Below, piece after piece: positions 10,021-20,047 of a DNA stretch of 64,000 nucleotides. Numbering within the stretch: position 1 is the first letter of the stretch; every line of letters starts with the position of its first letter. The position numbers and the translations under genes are program-made. The notes under the pieces were generated by a model. It did not search any database. It was not told the origin of the DNA and worked only from the letters and a program-made list of their open reading frames with translations. Origin of the DNA: Candidatus Woesearchaeota archaeon (GTDB taxonomy: Archaea; Nanobdellota; Nanobdellia; Woesearchaeales; UBA583); the NCBI GenBank assembly GCA_965205335.1, contig OZ242164.1, positions 64,001-128,000 of the forward strand. Direction: 5' to 3'.

Positions 10021-10361
10021 TAAAAACTAATAGAATGGATGATTATATATTTAAAAAACTACAAGAGATAAATTATAAAATGCAAATACACAGAGGGTGT
10101 GCAAGTGACAGATTTTATTCTTGTGCAAAAGAAATACAACATCATATCTTACCAAATATCTCAGTGGAAAATATACTTAGTACAAATTATTGTATTTTAT
10201 CTAAAAAAGAATTTCAAAATATGAAAAATGATATAGCAATTGTAGTTAAAGGAGGATTTAGAGTTATCAGAAGAAATAGTACTATTGCTAAATATATACA
10301 ATTTCTGAAAGATTTAGAATTAAATGAAGAATCTAGAAGGAGAATTTTATTAGGTGATTAA
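10017..10361 (+). CDS. Hypothetical protein
   Basis: ORF coupled to both neighbours (overlap and 2-bp gap). Confidence 0.55.
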   Translation: MIKTNRMDDYIFKKLQEINYKMQIHRGCASDRFYSCAKEIQHHILPNISVENILSTNYCILSKKEFQNMKNDIAIVVKGGFRVIRRNSTIAKYIQFLKDLELNEESRRRILLGD

Positions 10362-10363
10362 TA

Positions 10364-10786
10364 ATGAGTAAAAAAGAATTAAGGGATGATTTTAGGGAAT
10401 ACTTAAATCAGCAAAAGAAATTTTTAAAATTGCAAGAGAAGGATATTAATGAAAATAAAAAATATAGAAAAGAATTAACTAATTTTACATTTGTTTTGGC
10501 GCTTGGGGTGGTGGCCACATTAATATTAAATGTACTTTGGATTATTATTGAATTGAACAAATCCAAAACATTCTATAATTCTACAGTTTTAGTAATTTTT
10601 ATGTTCATATTAATAATTGTTTTATCTATAGTATCTAATAAAATTAATACTACAAAAGAAATATTAAATATCATTAAAGAAAGACCAATTTTTATGCGTA
10701 TTTGTATTTATATTATTATCTCTTTCTTTATTATTCTTGTTGTTTATTCTATAATAGAAGGGTATTACTTATTTTTTAAAAATTAA
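10364..10786 (+). CDS. Three-TM membrane protein
   Basis: Charged N-terminus plus three hydrophobic helices; stop codon lies inside the IS-end homology. Confidence 0.65.
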   Translation: MSKKELRDDFREYLNQQKKFLKLQEKDINENKKYRKELTNFTFVLALGVVATLILNVLWIIIELNKSKTFYNSTVLVIFMFILIIVLSIVSNKINTTKEILNIIKERPIFMRICIYIIISFFIILVVYSIIEGYYLFFKN

Positions 10787-10822
10787 TCTCTGGACAGAAC
10801 TTATTAGTAATTATTTAATATC

Positions 10823-11290
10823 TTATTCCTCAATTTGTATATTAGTTTCAACTTCACAAAATGGAGGTAATTTTTTTTCTTTTAGATATTTATTTTTCAG
10901 ATTATATAAAAATGCTACATCATTTCTATCCAAACTAACATCTTCAAATTCTTTAGGTTCTTCTATAGTGTCTCCCATTCTTTCTTTTATGTCTTCTAAT
11001 TCATTAATAAATTTTGTATGATCATTACCAATATTTTCCCCATCCTTAGTTTCCATTATTAACTCATCAACACAATTTATTAATTCTTCTAGTTTACACT
11101 TAATTTTATCTAATCCTTTTTTGAATTCTCTAATTTTTCCACATTTATTACAAGATTTAAAACACAGACAACGAATCTCCTTTCCTTTCACATAAACTCT
11201 TAGTTCTCTTCTAACCAAATGTTCTTCACAAGATTTACAAATCACTCTTTTTTTTATTCCTCCCATTTTACAAATGAAATCAATAACCAT
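10823..11290 (-). CDS. Hypothetical Zn-finger protein
   Basis: CKSC...CNKC followed by a helical region. Confidence 0.55.
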   Translation of the reverse strand: MVIDFICKMGGIKKRVICKSCEEHLVRRELRVYVKGKEIRCLCFKSCNKCGKIREFKKGLDKIKCKLEELINCVDELIMETKDGENIGNDHTKFINELEDIKERMGDTIEEPKEFEDVSLDRNDVAFLYNLKNKYLKEKKLPPFCEVETNIQIEE

Positions 11291-11453
11291 TTATTTAAAT
11301 AATTTATGGGAAACCCGCAGAAAAACTACATTTTAATTGACTCATAACACCTCAAACATTTTTCAAAACCTTTAATTTTACTTTCATCATAACAAATTTT
11401 TATTAATTTAGAAAGAGGAAGAAATATTTTTTGAAAAAGTTAAAGAAAAGTTT

Positions 11454-11606
11454 ATAAATTGTTTTCTCTAAAATCTATGCTAACTATATTCAATCAAAGA
11501 AAGAGATTATTTGTCAAAAATTACTTTATTTATATAATATTTTAAGTTCTTTTGAATTTATGGACAAAGTACATTACTAGGTTCTATCTGGAAATTCAAG
11601 AGAACT
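11454..11606. mobile_element. MITE copy (left TIR clipped) abutting an inverted MITE end across 8 bp
   Basis: 11454-11571 aligns to the 128-bp MITE; 11580-11606 is GGTTCTATCTGGAAATTCAAGAGAACT. Confidence 0.75.
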
Positions 11607-11619
11607 CTCTCCAGTCCAG

Positions 11620-11735
11620 ACAAAAGACAAAAATAATTAAAGATGTGTGTAAACTTTAGAAACTTAACGATTTATCAATCTTATTAATAGAACAAATAAA
11701 CAAGATTTGAAAAGTGCAGCACAATTCACACTTTT
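11620..11735 (+). mobile_element. Family-B right-end relic (gene tail plus hairpin)
   Basis: GATTTGAAAAGTGCAGCACAATTCACACTTTT shared with 1275 and 29233. Confidence 0.5.
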
Positions 11736-11977
11736 TAACAAAACAATTTTAACTCAGATATTAATTTATTTTTTTCAACAGTAAAAATATATCTCCAACT
11801 ACTATCCAAACGAAAATATCTATTATCATTATTTATGTCATTAAATTCTTTAATTAAATCTTTTAATCTTTCATAGTATGGTTCACAATATAATTTATAA
11901 AAATCTTTATTTTCATTTACATCTATATCTCCATTAAGTATTTTTTTCTTTAAATCTTTTATTTTAATCATTACCAT
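11735..11977 (-). CDS. Hypothetical protein
   Basis: 80-aa ORF with TTTATAA ~15-30 nt upstream. Confidence 0.45.
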   Translation of the reverse strand: MVMIKIKDLKKKILNGDIDVNENKDFYKLYCEPYYERLKDLIKEFNDINNDNRYFRLDSSWRYIFTVEKNKLISELKLFC

Positions 11978-12011
11978 AATATATTTAATTATAAACTCAT
12001 TATTTATAAAG

Positions 12012-13079
12012 TTAATTATCTTTCTCTAAAAACTCTTTCTCTAACTCTTTTTGATTTCTTTTATGTTCTTTGATTAATTCAATATTTCTATATCTATCAT
12101 TAGGGTCAGGTTTAATTGATTCTTTAATTTTCAAAAAAGATAAATTTAAGTTATAATCAATGTTTGAAGTATGAAAGTGCAATAACTCCGAAGTTTTGTC
12201 TATATTCTCTGCTTTATGAAAATCCATATACGAGCTTACTCTTTTATTTTTATTGCCTGAACAAATCTTTTTAATATAATTTTTTTGCTTTTCTTCTACA
12301 AAATAAATAACTTTGTAAGAATACAAATACTGTAAAGTATTTATCTCTAAAACATCTTTGCTTACTAAATTATAAATCTCATTCTTTGAATTAAAGTCAT
12401 AAACATCAGTATCAAACAAACAAATCATTAGATTCTTGTTTATTGGACAAAATATTTGTAGTCCTTTAGATTGTAATCCTTTGGAACCTAAAGATTTGAA
12501 GTTTAAAAATGAATTATGAAATATAATTGGATGGTCACTAAATATAAAATCAATTTTTGTTTCATTGTTTAATAAAACTATTCTCAAATCACTAATTAAT
12601 GGAAAACTATTTAGGGCTTGTTGTATTTTTATTAAATGCATACTTGGATGTGTTATTTTAACCTTATCTAATTCTTCTTTTGTTGCAACACCTTGCGAAA
12701 TCATCATTTCTTTTATGACATTTTCAGAAAAAAATTCCACAATCTCTTCAATTTCTTTTTTCTTTTTCTTAGTCCTAGTAAATTGAAGTGTAATAAATAT
12801 ATAAAAATTAATTAAATCTTCCTCAGATTCTATTAGAATTTTCTTATTCTCTATAATTTTTTTAAGAAATTTAGATAATTTAGTTTCTATTAAACCAAAT
12901 GCTTTTTCAATCTCTTTATTTTCGGAGTAGAAATTTTTTTCTTGACATTGAGTTTGAAATGGAACATTAAAAAGAAATGAGTTACTATCATTTTTATAAA
13001 TATTAATTTTTTCTTTACCATCAAGAAAATTTCTAAAATAGAATTTTGGAACATAATGTTGTTTTTTATTTTCTGTCAT
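12012..13079 (-). CDS. DUF4238-domain protein
   Basis: N-terminal KKQHYVPKFY, ..FYS..EIEK, FIFSDHP motifs. Confidence 0.85.
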   Translation of the reverse strand: MTENKKQHYVPKFYFRNFLDGKEKINIYKNDSNSFLFNVPFQTQCQEKNFYSENKEIEKAFGLIETKLSKFLKKIIENKKILIESEEDLINFYIFITLQFTRTKKKKKEIEEIVEFFSENVIKEMMISQGVATKEELDKVKITHPSMHLIKIQQALNSFPLISDLRIVLLNNETKIDFIFSDHPIIFHNSFLNFKSLGSKGLQSKGLQIFCPINKNLMICLFDTDVYDFNSKNEIYNLVSKDVLEINTLQYLYSYKVIYFVEEKQKNYIKKICSGNKNKRVSSYMDFHKAENIDKTSELLHFHTSNIDYNLNLSFLKIKESIKPDPNDRYRNIELIKEHKRNQKELEKEFLEKDN

Positions 13080-13392
13080 TCTTATTTTTCAATTTTTGTT
13101 TTAATTTAAATAATAATAGTTTTTTAATTTCTTGTTCAAGCTCTTGATATTCTTCTTTTGAAATGCCAAATTTTATACACAATTTGTCGATAATTTTAAT
13201 TTTAAGACCTAGCTTTTTTGTTCTATTACTTAATGTAGTTTCAAGTTGAGAATTTTTTTCTTTTAATAATCTTACTTGCCTACTTAAAATATTTATTTTT
13301 GATTTGTAATGTATAATCTCATTAGAAAGTTCTCTTCTTGCAGCCTTTCTCCTACCTTCTCTTAAATTGGGTGTGTCTCCTTTTTTTGCCAT
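13066..13392 (-). CDS. Small basic coiled-coil protein coupled to the DUF4238 gene
   Basis: 14-bp overlap; heptad pattern. Confidence 0.55.
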   Translation of the reverse strand: MAKKGDTPNLREGRRKAARRELSNEIIHYKSKINILSRQVRLLKEKNSQLETTLSNRTKKLGLKIKIIDKLCIKFGISKEEYQELEQEIKKLLLFKLKQKLKNKNDRK

Positions 13393-13605
13393 TTATACTT
13401 TAAACATATTCAATTATTTTTAAATTTAACTTCCACTCTGAAGGTGAATTAATAGAAGGGAAAACAACATTTTATTATGAAGATGGAACTATATATTAAA
13501 TACAAGAAAGAACATTTTTAGATTTAGAATTAATAGAAGGAAAGATAACACATTATAATGAAAATTGTAATATATTGTCCATATTAATAAGCACAAAACA
13601 CAATA

Positions 13606-13637
13606 TGTAGACTGGTGACATATGTCACTGCACTACA
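13606..13637. mobile_element. Solo IS481-type right terminal inverted repeat
   Basis: TGTAGACTGGTGACATATGTCACTGCACTACA; reverse complement matches 31702-31733; TGT...ACA termini. Confidence 0.65.
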
Positions 13638-13688
13638 CAACCTATTTTGAAAAGAAAACTATATAAATAAAAAAGTAACCATAAGACT

Positions 13689-14447
13689 ATGGCTAACTCA
13701 AAAAGTTGGAAAAAAATCTTTGATGATTATAAGATATTAGAAAATAATTTTAACAAAAATGGGTTTGTCTTAACTGCAGGAATGATTAAAGAATCTTGTC
13801 AAGACTTCAAAAAAACAGCAGAAAAAGAAGTAAGGATTTTATGCAAGCAAGATTCAAGAGAAAACCAACCTGACATTATGAGAGAAAATAATTTGTTCTT
13901 ACTTCCAACAAAAAATGGTGAATATATAATATTGAATGGTAAAGGATATTTAGATATTCCTGAAATTGAAGATAAACCAATAGTCTATGATTCTAAATTA
14001 AATTTCAATTTGGAGACTTCAAAAATTGGAGATTCTGAAATGCAACATTTAGATTTTGCTTATGCTTCAAGCATAATTAGAACTTTTATGAAAGATGAGA
14101 GCTTGGTTTTAACAATCAGAGGAAGAAAATACACGCCAGAATTTTCCTTTTTTGTAGGAAAACAGAAAATTGATGTTAAAAGTGTTCAAACAGAAGTTGA
14201 TGCAGGATATGAAGGTAAGGATAAAATTGTTTTGGTTGAGGCAAAAAACTCAAAAACAACAAACACAATAATAAGACAATTATTTTATCCTTATAGGCAA
14301 TGGAGTAGTCACACTAAGAAAAAAATTTATTTGCTCTTTTTTGAAAAAAGAGGGAATGAATATCTAATTTGGCAATACAAGTTTAAAGACTCAAATAATT
14401 ATAACTCCATAAGTTTGATTAGAAGTACGAGGTACGTAATAAAATAA
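13689..14447 (+). CDS. Putative type II restriction endonuclease
   Basis: QTEVDAGYEG...VLVEAKN...IRQLFYPYR PD-(D/E)xK pattern; adjacent to an MTase. Confidence 0.75.
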   Translation: MANSKSWKKIFDDYKILENNFNKNGFVLTAGMIKESCQDFKKTAEKEVRILCKQDSRENQPDIMRENNLFLLPTKNGEYIILNGKGYLDIPEIEDKPIVYDSKLNFNLETSKIGDSEMQHLDFAYASSIIRTFMKDESLVLTIRGRKYTPEFSFFVGKQKIDVKSVQTEVDAGYEGKDKIVLVEAKNSKTTNTIIRQLFYPYRQWSSHTKKKIYLLFFEKRGNEYLIWQYKFKDSNNYNSISLIRSTRYVIK

Positions 14448-14574
14448 AGAATTTAAACTTTTAGGTTCAAAGGGGTGGAAGAGATTATCTGAGAAAATTT
14501 ATGTAGAATGCATTAAGGAAGACAAGAATAGTGTTAATGAAAAATCTTAAAAGTAATGAAAGATTACAAAATAT

Positions 14575-15366
14575 ATGAATAAAGAAGATTATACTTTAAT
14601 TTTAGGTGATTGTTTAAAAGAACTTCAAAAAATTGAAGAAAGTTCTGTTGATATGATTTTCGCTGACCCTCCTTACTTTTTATCTAACAACGGATTCTCA
14701 GTCCATAGCGGAAAAAGAGTTTCAGTAAATAAAGGTAAATGGGATAAATCAAAAGGATTTAAAGAAAATTTAGAATTTACAAGAAAGTGGATTTCACTAT
14801 GTAGAAAGGCTTTGAAGGACGATGGGACAATTTGGATTTGTGGAACTTTACACAATATATATTTAGTTGGTTTTGTTTTAGAAGAATTAGGATTTAAAAT
14901 TGTAAATGATATATCTTGGTTTAAACCAAATGGTCCTCCTCACTTAGCATGTCGTTATTTCACACATTCACACGAAACAATACTATGGGCTAAAAGAAAT
15001 AAAAATTCTAAACACACATTTAATTATAAACTTATGAAAAATTGGGATAAATCAAATGATTTTATAAAAAACGAAGGAAAACAAATGAGAAGTGTTTGGA
15101 GCATTCCACTTACACCACAAAAAGAAAAATCTTATGGAAAACATCCAACACAAAAGCCAGAAGAACTTTTAAGAAGAATAATCTTATCTTCAACAAAAAA
15201 AGGAGATTTAGTTTTAGACCCATTTATCGGAAGTGGAACAACAGGAGTAGTCTCACTAAATTCAGGTAGAAAATTTATTGGCATAGAAATTGACAAGAAC
15301 TATTTTAATCTCAGCAAGGAAAGAGTTGAAAACGAATTAAATAAAACCTTAAACAACCATCTATAA
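14575..15366 (+). CDS. Beta-class N6-adenine/N4-cytosine DNA methyltransferase, DpnA-like
   Basis: FADPPY, SVNKGKWD, HPTQKP, LDPFIGSGTT. Confidence 0.9.
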   Translation: MNKEDYTLILGDCLKELQKIEESSVDMIFADPPYFLSNNGFSVHSGKRVSVNKGKWDKSKGFKENLEFTRKWISLCRKALKDDGTIWICGTLHNIYLVGFVLEELGFKIVNDISWFKPNGPPHLACRYFTHSHETILWAKRNKNSKHTFNYKLMKNWDKSNDFIKNEGKQMRSVWSIPLTPQKEKSYGKHPTQKPEELLRRIILSSTKKGDLVLDPFIGSGTTGVVSLNSGRKFIGIEIDKNYFNLSKERVENELNKTLNNHL

Positions 15367-15597
15367 GTTTACGTTCTTTATTTTTTACCAAGTAAATCTT
15401 TATTGTTCTTCTGCTTTTTCTCTTGTGTTTCTTTTATATTTCCATCTTTATTATATTTCTTCCAAAAACCTATCCAAGAAATATTAATTACATTTCTTAG
15501 TATATTATTTTTTTACTTATTTTTCCCGCATCTTTATTCTTAACAGAACCAAGATGTGATTAAATTTATAAACAATAGTTCACTATAATTTAATAAA

Positions 15598-15885
15598 ATG
15601 AGAAATAAAACAACAGCAGTAATTTTAGCAGTAATATTTGGGTGGTTTGCATGGTTATACACTTATAAAGAAGATAGTTGGAAATTTTGGTTAGGTACAA
15701 TTGGAGGAGTTCTTGCGTTTTTTGGTCTCATATTTAGTATGATAATTATAGAAATAGGAGAACCAATAATAACTGATTACATGCTTCTTATTTTTGATTT
15801 TTTGGGTTTAGTGGGTTTATATTTGTGGGCAATTATTGACTATGCAAGACAACCTAAAGAATACTTTGAGAATTATAAAGGTTGA
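15598..15885 (+). CDS. Small membrane protein (TM2-like)
   Basis: KTTAVILAVIFGWF...WAIID; TATA box ~26-33 nt upstream. Confidence 0.7.
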   Translation: MRNKTTAVILAVIFGWFAWLYTYKEDSWKFWLGTIGGVLAFFGLIFSMIIIEIGEPIITDYMLLIFDFLGLVGLYLWAIIDYARQPKEYFENYKG

Positions 15886-15954
15886 AACAAAAATAAAAAG
15901 AATTAAAAATATGTACCATATAATAGATATTATTACAGAAATAGATTATTAAAA

Positions 15955-18900
15955 ATGGAAGAAATGTCAAAAGAGGATAGAGAGAAATTTCAGGAATTAC
16001 TAGCTAATAGAGAAAATTGGGTAAATTCTACAAAAAAAAATAAGTTTGAGGGAATTAATAAATTTCTTACAAAACAGTATAGCAAAGATTTACACTTTAT
16101 TTATGAAATATTGCAGAATTCTGAGGATACAAAAGCCAAAGAAATAAAGTTTGAACTTTTCAGAGATAAATTAGATATTTACCATAATGGAAGAGATTTT
16201 GAATTTAAAGATATTGAAGCAATAACTGGAATTGGTAATTCTACAAAGGAAGAAGATTTAACAAAAATAGGAAAATTTGGTGTTGGTTTTAAATCAGTTT
16301 TTACAATTACACAAACTCCAAATATTTTTTCAGGAAAATATAGTTTCAGGATTGAAGAACTTGTAATTCCGAAAGAAGTTAAGCGTAATGAAGAAATATC
16401 AGGGACACTTATTAGAATACCCTTTAATTCTGATAAACCACCCAAAGAAAAAACATTTGAAACTTTAAGTAATGGATTAGAAAATTTTGAACTGAAAACT
16501 TTGCTATTTCTAAAAAACATTGAAAAGATTAAATGGAAAACTCCAAATTCTGGAGAAGATTATTTAAAGAAATCATCAAAAATTCTTCAAGATAAGAATT
16601 CTCTTGTTACAAGAAGAGTAAAACTGGAATCATCTCTTGGAATAAAAGAAGATTATATTGTTATAGAGAAATCTGTCAAAATAGAAAATAAGAATTTACC
16701 TATTGAAATTGCATTTAAATTAGACAATGATGAAAAAGGTAGGGAGACAATTGTTCCTCAGAAAAATTCAAAATTATTTGTGTTTTTTTCAACCGAAAAA
16801 GATACTTATCTTAAATTTATTATACAAGGTCCATATAAAACAACACCAAACCGTGAAAACATACCATTAGAAGATGAACAAAATAAAGAAATCATTGAAA
16901 AAACAGGAGAACTAATTGCAGATAGTTTATCTGTTATAAAAGACTTAGGTTATCTTAATTCTGATTTCTTAGATATTTTGCCAATAGATAGTTCATATTC
17001 AAAAGAGGATATTTATTCTGTTTTGTATGGAAAAGTTAAAGAAAAATTACTTCTGGAAGAATTTTTACCTACTTTTGATGGCAATCATGCTAGGCCTGAT
17101 GAATGCATATTGGCAAGAGGTAGAAGTTTAACTGAATTTTTGAAAAAAAATGATATTCAAGAACTATATTCAAAGAACTATTGGCTTGATACAAATATAA
17201 CCATTGATACAAAAAAAGAATTGAGAGACTACCTGATGAATGAACTTCAAGTAAAGGAAGTTGATTTTGGAAATTTTGTTAAAGATATAACAAAAGAATT
17301 TTTACAAAGTAAATCAGATGAATGGGTGATTGATTTTTATAGCAAATTGTTAGAACAAAAAAGTCAGTGGAAAGCTCTAAAACAAAAAGATATTATAAGA
17401 TTACATGATAATAGTCATATCTCTCTTCATGATAGTGAAGGTAAAATTCAAGCATATTTACCAACAAAAACAAAGTCTAATTATAAAACAGTGAAAAGTT
17501 CTCTTCTAAATCATAAATACTCTTCAAAGTTCCTTAAAGAGTTTGGAATGAAAGAACCAGACGAATTTGCAGAAGTTGAAGAATTTATCATTCCAAAATA
17601 CAAAAAGGAAAATGTCACAAGAGATGGGGATTATTATGATGACTTCAGGAAAATATTGAATGCTTATGATAAAATGTCACGAAATGAAGTGAATTCTTTC
17701 AAGAATGATTTATTGAAATGCTCTTTTATTCTCTCCGTTAGAAATGATGATACCAAAGAAGAAAGTTTAAGGTCTCCCAATAAATTATACTTTAGTAGTG
17801 ATGATTTAAAAGAGTTTTTCAATGGATATGAAGAAGCATATTTTGTCTCAGAGAAACTTTCTAAAAAATTTGAAAAGGAAAAGATGAAAAAGTTTCTTAA
17901 TTCTTTAGGTGTTAAGGATACTCCGAGAAGAATTAAAATTGGGAGAAGTTTGACTCTGGAAGAAAAAAAAATATTAAAAGGTAGAATATCTTCTTACGAA
18001 AATAATAGCTGTACAGATTATGAATATGAGGGTTTGGAGAATTTTATAAAAAAAGGAATAACACTCAGAAAGTCACGCTTGCTTTGGAGGTTATTGTTAA
18101 GAAGTATCGAAAAACTTGGTACTTGGGGTAAATTCTTCGAATTTGAATATGAGTGGTATTATTATACTTCTCATTCAGAATATTTTGAAGCAAAATTTTT
18201 AAAAACTCTCCAACAAACAGGGTGGTTACTTGATAAAGATGATAAGTTGAGAAAACCTTCTGATATTACTTTTTCACAATTGCATGATGATTACGTAAAA
18301 GACAATTCACAAATTCTAGAAAAAGTTCTAAGATTTAAACCTGATATTTTAGAACAACTTCCTGATGAATATAAAGAGACTCTTGAAAAAGGTAAGATGG
18401 TAGAAGAATTAGGTTTAACCGAAGATGATTTGAAAGAAGTTGCAAAGAAGAAAAGTCAAGAGCAAAATAAAGTACAAGAAACTTGGACACCTGAATGTGA
18501 ACCTGAGAATATGTTAAATTCAGAAATAGAAGAGGTAGATCCTTCTAAAATAATTACTCCAGATAGGGATTTGTCAAATCAGAGGAGAAGTAATAGAACA
18601 AAAGAAATAGAAGAATTATCAGAGGAAACTAAAATAACAGGAAGAGAAACTTTTGAGAAGACACCTGCAGATAAAAAAGCAATTGGAGATTGGGGAGAAA
18701 AATATGTTTACGAATATCTAAAGGAAAAATACAAAGAACAAGAAGGATGCGAAATAATATGGATGAATGATAATATGACTGGAGAAGGTTACGATTTTTG
18801 TATCAAAAAAAACGGAGAGGAAATTAAATATATAGAAGTAAAAAGCAAAACCGAAGAAAATCCTATGTTGGTGGAAATACAAGGAGCACAATGGGAATTT

Positions 18901-19059
18901 GCCAGAAAACTCTTTGAATGTAATGAAGGAATGAAGTATTCTCTTTATGTTGTGTCAAATACAGGAAAAGAAAATGCAAAAATAAAACGTTATCAAAATC
19001 CAGTTAAACTTTGGAAAGAAGGCAGACTTTATGCACATCCTGTCAATCTTAAATTATAG
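15955..19059 (+). CDS. Sacsin-like GHKL ATPase with C-terminal DUF3883 (NO VEIN-like) nuclease
   Basis: FIYEILQNSED, HNG..F, IGKFGVGFKSVF; C-terminal IGDWGE...GYDF...YIEVKS. Confidence 0.85.
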   Translation: MEEMSKEDREKFQELLANRENWVNSTKKNKFEGINKFLTKQYSKDLHFIYEILQNSEDTKAKEIKFELFRDKLDIYHNGRDFEFKDIEAITGIGNSTKEEDLTKIGKFGVGFKSVFTITQTPNIFSGKYSFRIEELVIPKEVKRNEEISGTLIRIPFNSDKPPKEKTFETLSNGLENFELKTLLFLKNIEKIKWKTPNSGEDYLKKSSKILQDKNSLVTRRVKLESSLGIKEDYIVIEKSVKIENKNLPIEIAFKLDNDEKGRETIVPQKNSKLFVFFSTEKDTYLKFIIQGPYKTTPNRENIPLEDEQNKEIIEKTGELIADSLSVIKDLGYLNSDFLDILPIDSSYSKEDIYSVLYGKVKEKLLLEEFLPTFDGNHARPDECILARGRSLTEFLKKNDIQELYSKNYWLDTNITIDTKKELRDYLMNELQVKEVDFGNFVKDITKEFLQSKSDEWVIDFYSKLLEQKSQWKALKQKDIIRLHDNSHISLHDSEGKIQAYLPTKTKSNYKTVKSSLLNHKYSSKFLKEFGMKEPDEFAEVEEFIIPKYKKENVTRDGDYYDDFRKILNAYDKMSRNEVNSFKNDLLKCSFILSVRNDDTKEESLRSPNKLYFSSDDLKEFFNGYEEAYFVSEKLSKKFEKEKMKKFLNSLGVKDTPRRIKIGRSLTLEEKKILKGRISSYENNSCTDYEYEGLENFIKKGITLRKSRLLWRLLLRSIEKLGTWGKFFEFEYEWYYYTSHSEYFEAKFLKTLQQTGWLLDKDDKLRKPSDITFSQLHDDYVKDNSQILEKVLRFKPDILEQLPDEYKETLEKGKMVEELGLTEDDLKEVAKKKSQEQNKVQETWTPECEPENMLNSEIEEVDPSKIITPDRDLSNQRRSNRTKEIEELSEETKITGRETFEKTPADKKAIGDWGEKYVYEYLKEKYKEQEGCEIIWMNDNMTGEGYDFCIKKNGEEIKYIEVKSKTEENPMLVEIQGAQWEFARKLFECNEGMKYSLYVVSNTGKENAKIKRYQNPVKLWKEGRLYAHPVNLKL

Positions 19060-19368
19060 TTAAAATTTTATCAATTAATCTTACTCGAACATCCTCTAAT
19101 CTATCAATATCAAAAGTTGTTTGTAGAGGAAGTTTTAAATTTTTTCCATTAGCATATTTATACTTAGTAACATAGTACTTATTATTGCTAATTTTCATAA
19201 TTTAGATTATAATCCAAAGTCTTTAATTTTTGTTAAAGGTCAATCTCATTATAAGGTAGAAATTGAATTTTTTGATAAGAATTGAATTAAAATTATAATA
19301 ATAAGCAAATTTCCTGAATTACCAACTAAAGAGATAATTATATAAATTGTAAATTTTAGAGCATTATT

Positions 19369-19482
19369 ATGGAACATAAAAAAGATGACCCTGTAGATAC
19401 ACCTAATTTTGAGTTAAAAAGTGATTTAGATGATCCAGTGGATGACCCTTCATTTGAAGAGGATAGTTATAATGAAGATTAG
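19369..19482 (+). CDS. 37-aa acidic peptide with an internal repeat (missing from ORF track)
   Basis: MEHKKDDPVDTPNFELKSDLDDPVDDPSFEEDSYNED*; TATATAAA ~23-30 nt upstream; overlaps the next ATG. Confidence 0.5.
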   Translation: MEHKKDDPVDTPNFELKSDLDDPVDDPSFEEDSYNED

Positions 19483-19969
19483 TGAGTTAAAAAAAAGTTT
19501 AACTGAAGTTAGATGTAATTATTATAGAGAATTACAAGGATTTAGAGATATTGAAATTAAATCTTCTTTTTTTCTTGTATTAAATTTTCTATTAATTATA
19601 GAATTTTTAGATATTAAAAATGGTCATTTGAGTGGTTTACTTATTTTTATTATAATGTTAATTGTATTTTATCCTTTTTATAAAGTATATAAACTAAGAC
19701 TTGTGATGATACCACATAAAGAACTTAATCTTAAAAAGGATGATAAACAGCAATATGAACATTATAATGATCTTAATGATGTTTTTGATAAATTGGGTAA
19801 AATGAAGGGTATAAAATATTATGAAGAATTATATAATCGTTATAAACAATGTTATTATTCTAATAAAATATGTATTCGTCATAAAACAAAATGGTTTAAA
19901 TCAATTTTTAACAACACAATTGTTTTAGTTGTTTTTATATTCTTTGTAAAAATACTTTTCTTTTTCTAA
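19472..19969 (+). CDS. Three-TM membrane protein, Pycsar-effector-like topology
   Basis: IEIKSSFFL TM1-TM2, soluble loop, N...I..K..W before TM3; family call is tentative. Confidence 0.5.
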   Translation: MKISELKKSLTEVRCNYYRELQGFRDIEIKSSFFLVLNFLLIIEFLDIKNGHLSGLLIFIIMLIVFYPFYKVYKLRLVMIPHKELNLKKDDKQQYEHYNDLNDVFDKLGKMKGIKYYEELYNRYKQCYYSNKICIRHKTKWFKSIFNNTIVLVVFIFFVKILFFF

Positions 19970-20047
19970 TAAAAATAAAAGGAAAAAATTTAAATAGATG
20001 GAGGATAAATTTATTAATATGGAAGAAATATTAAAGAATTTTAAAAT

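Larger units (their letters stand above)
9393..10801. mobile_element. Four-gene cassette bracketed by inward-facing IS5-type ends
   Basis: GGTTCTGTCCATAAATT at 9393; 10769-10801 homologous to the IS right end (~31652-31684); no TSD. Confidence 0.6.
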
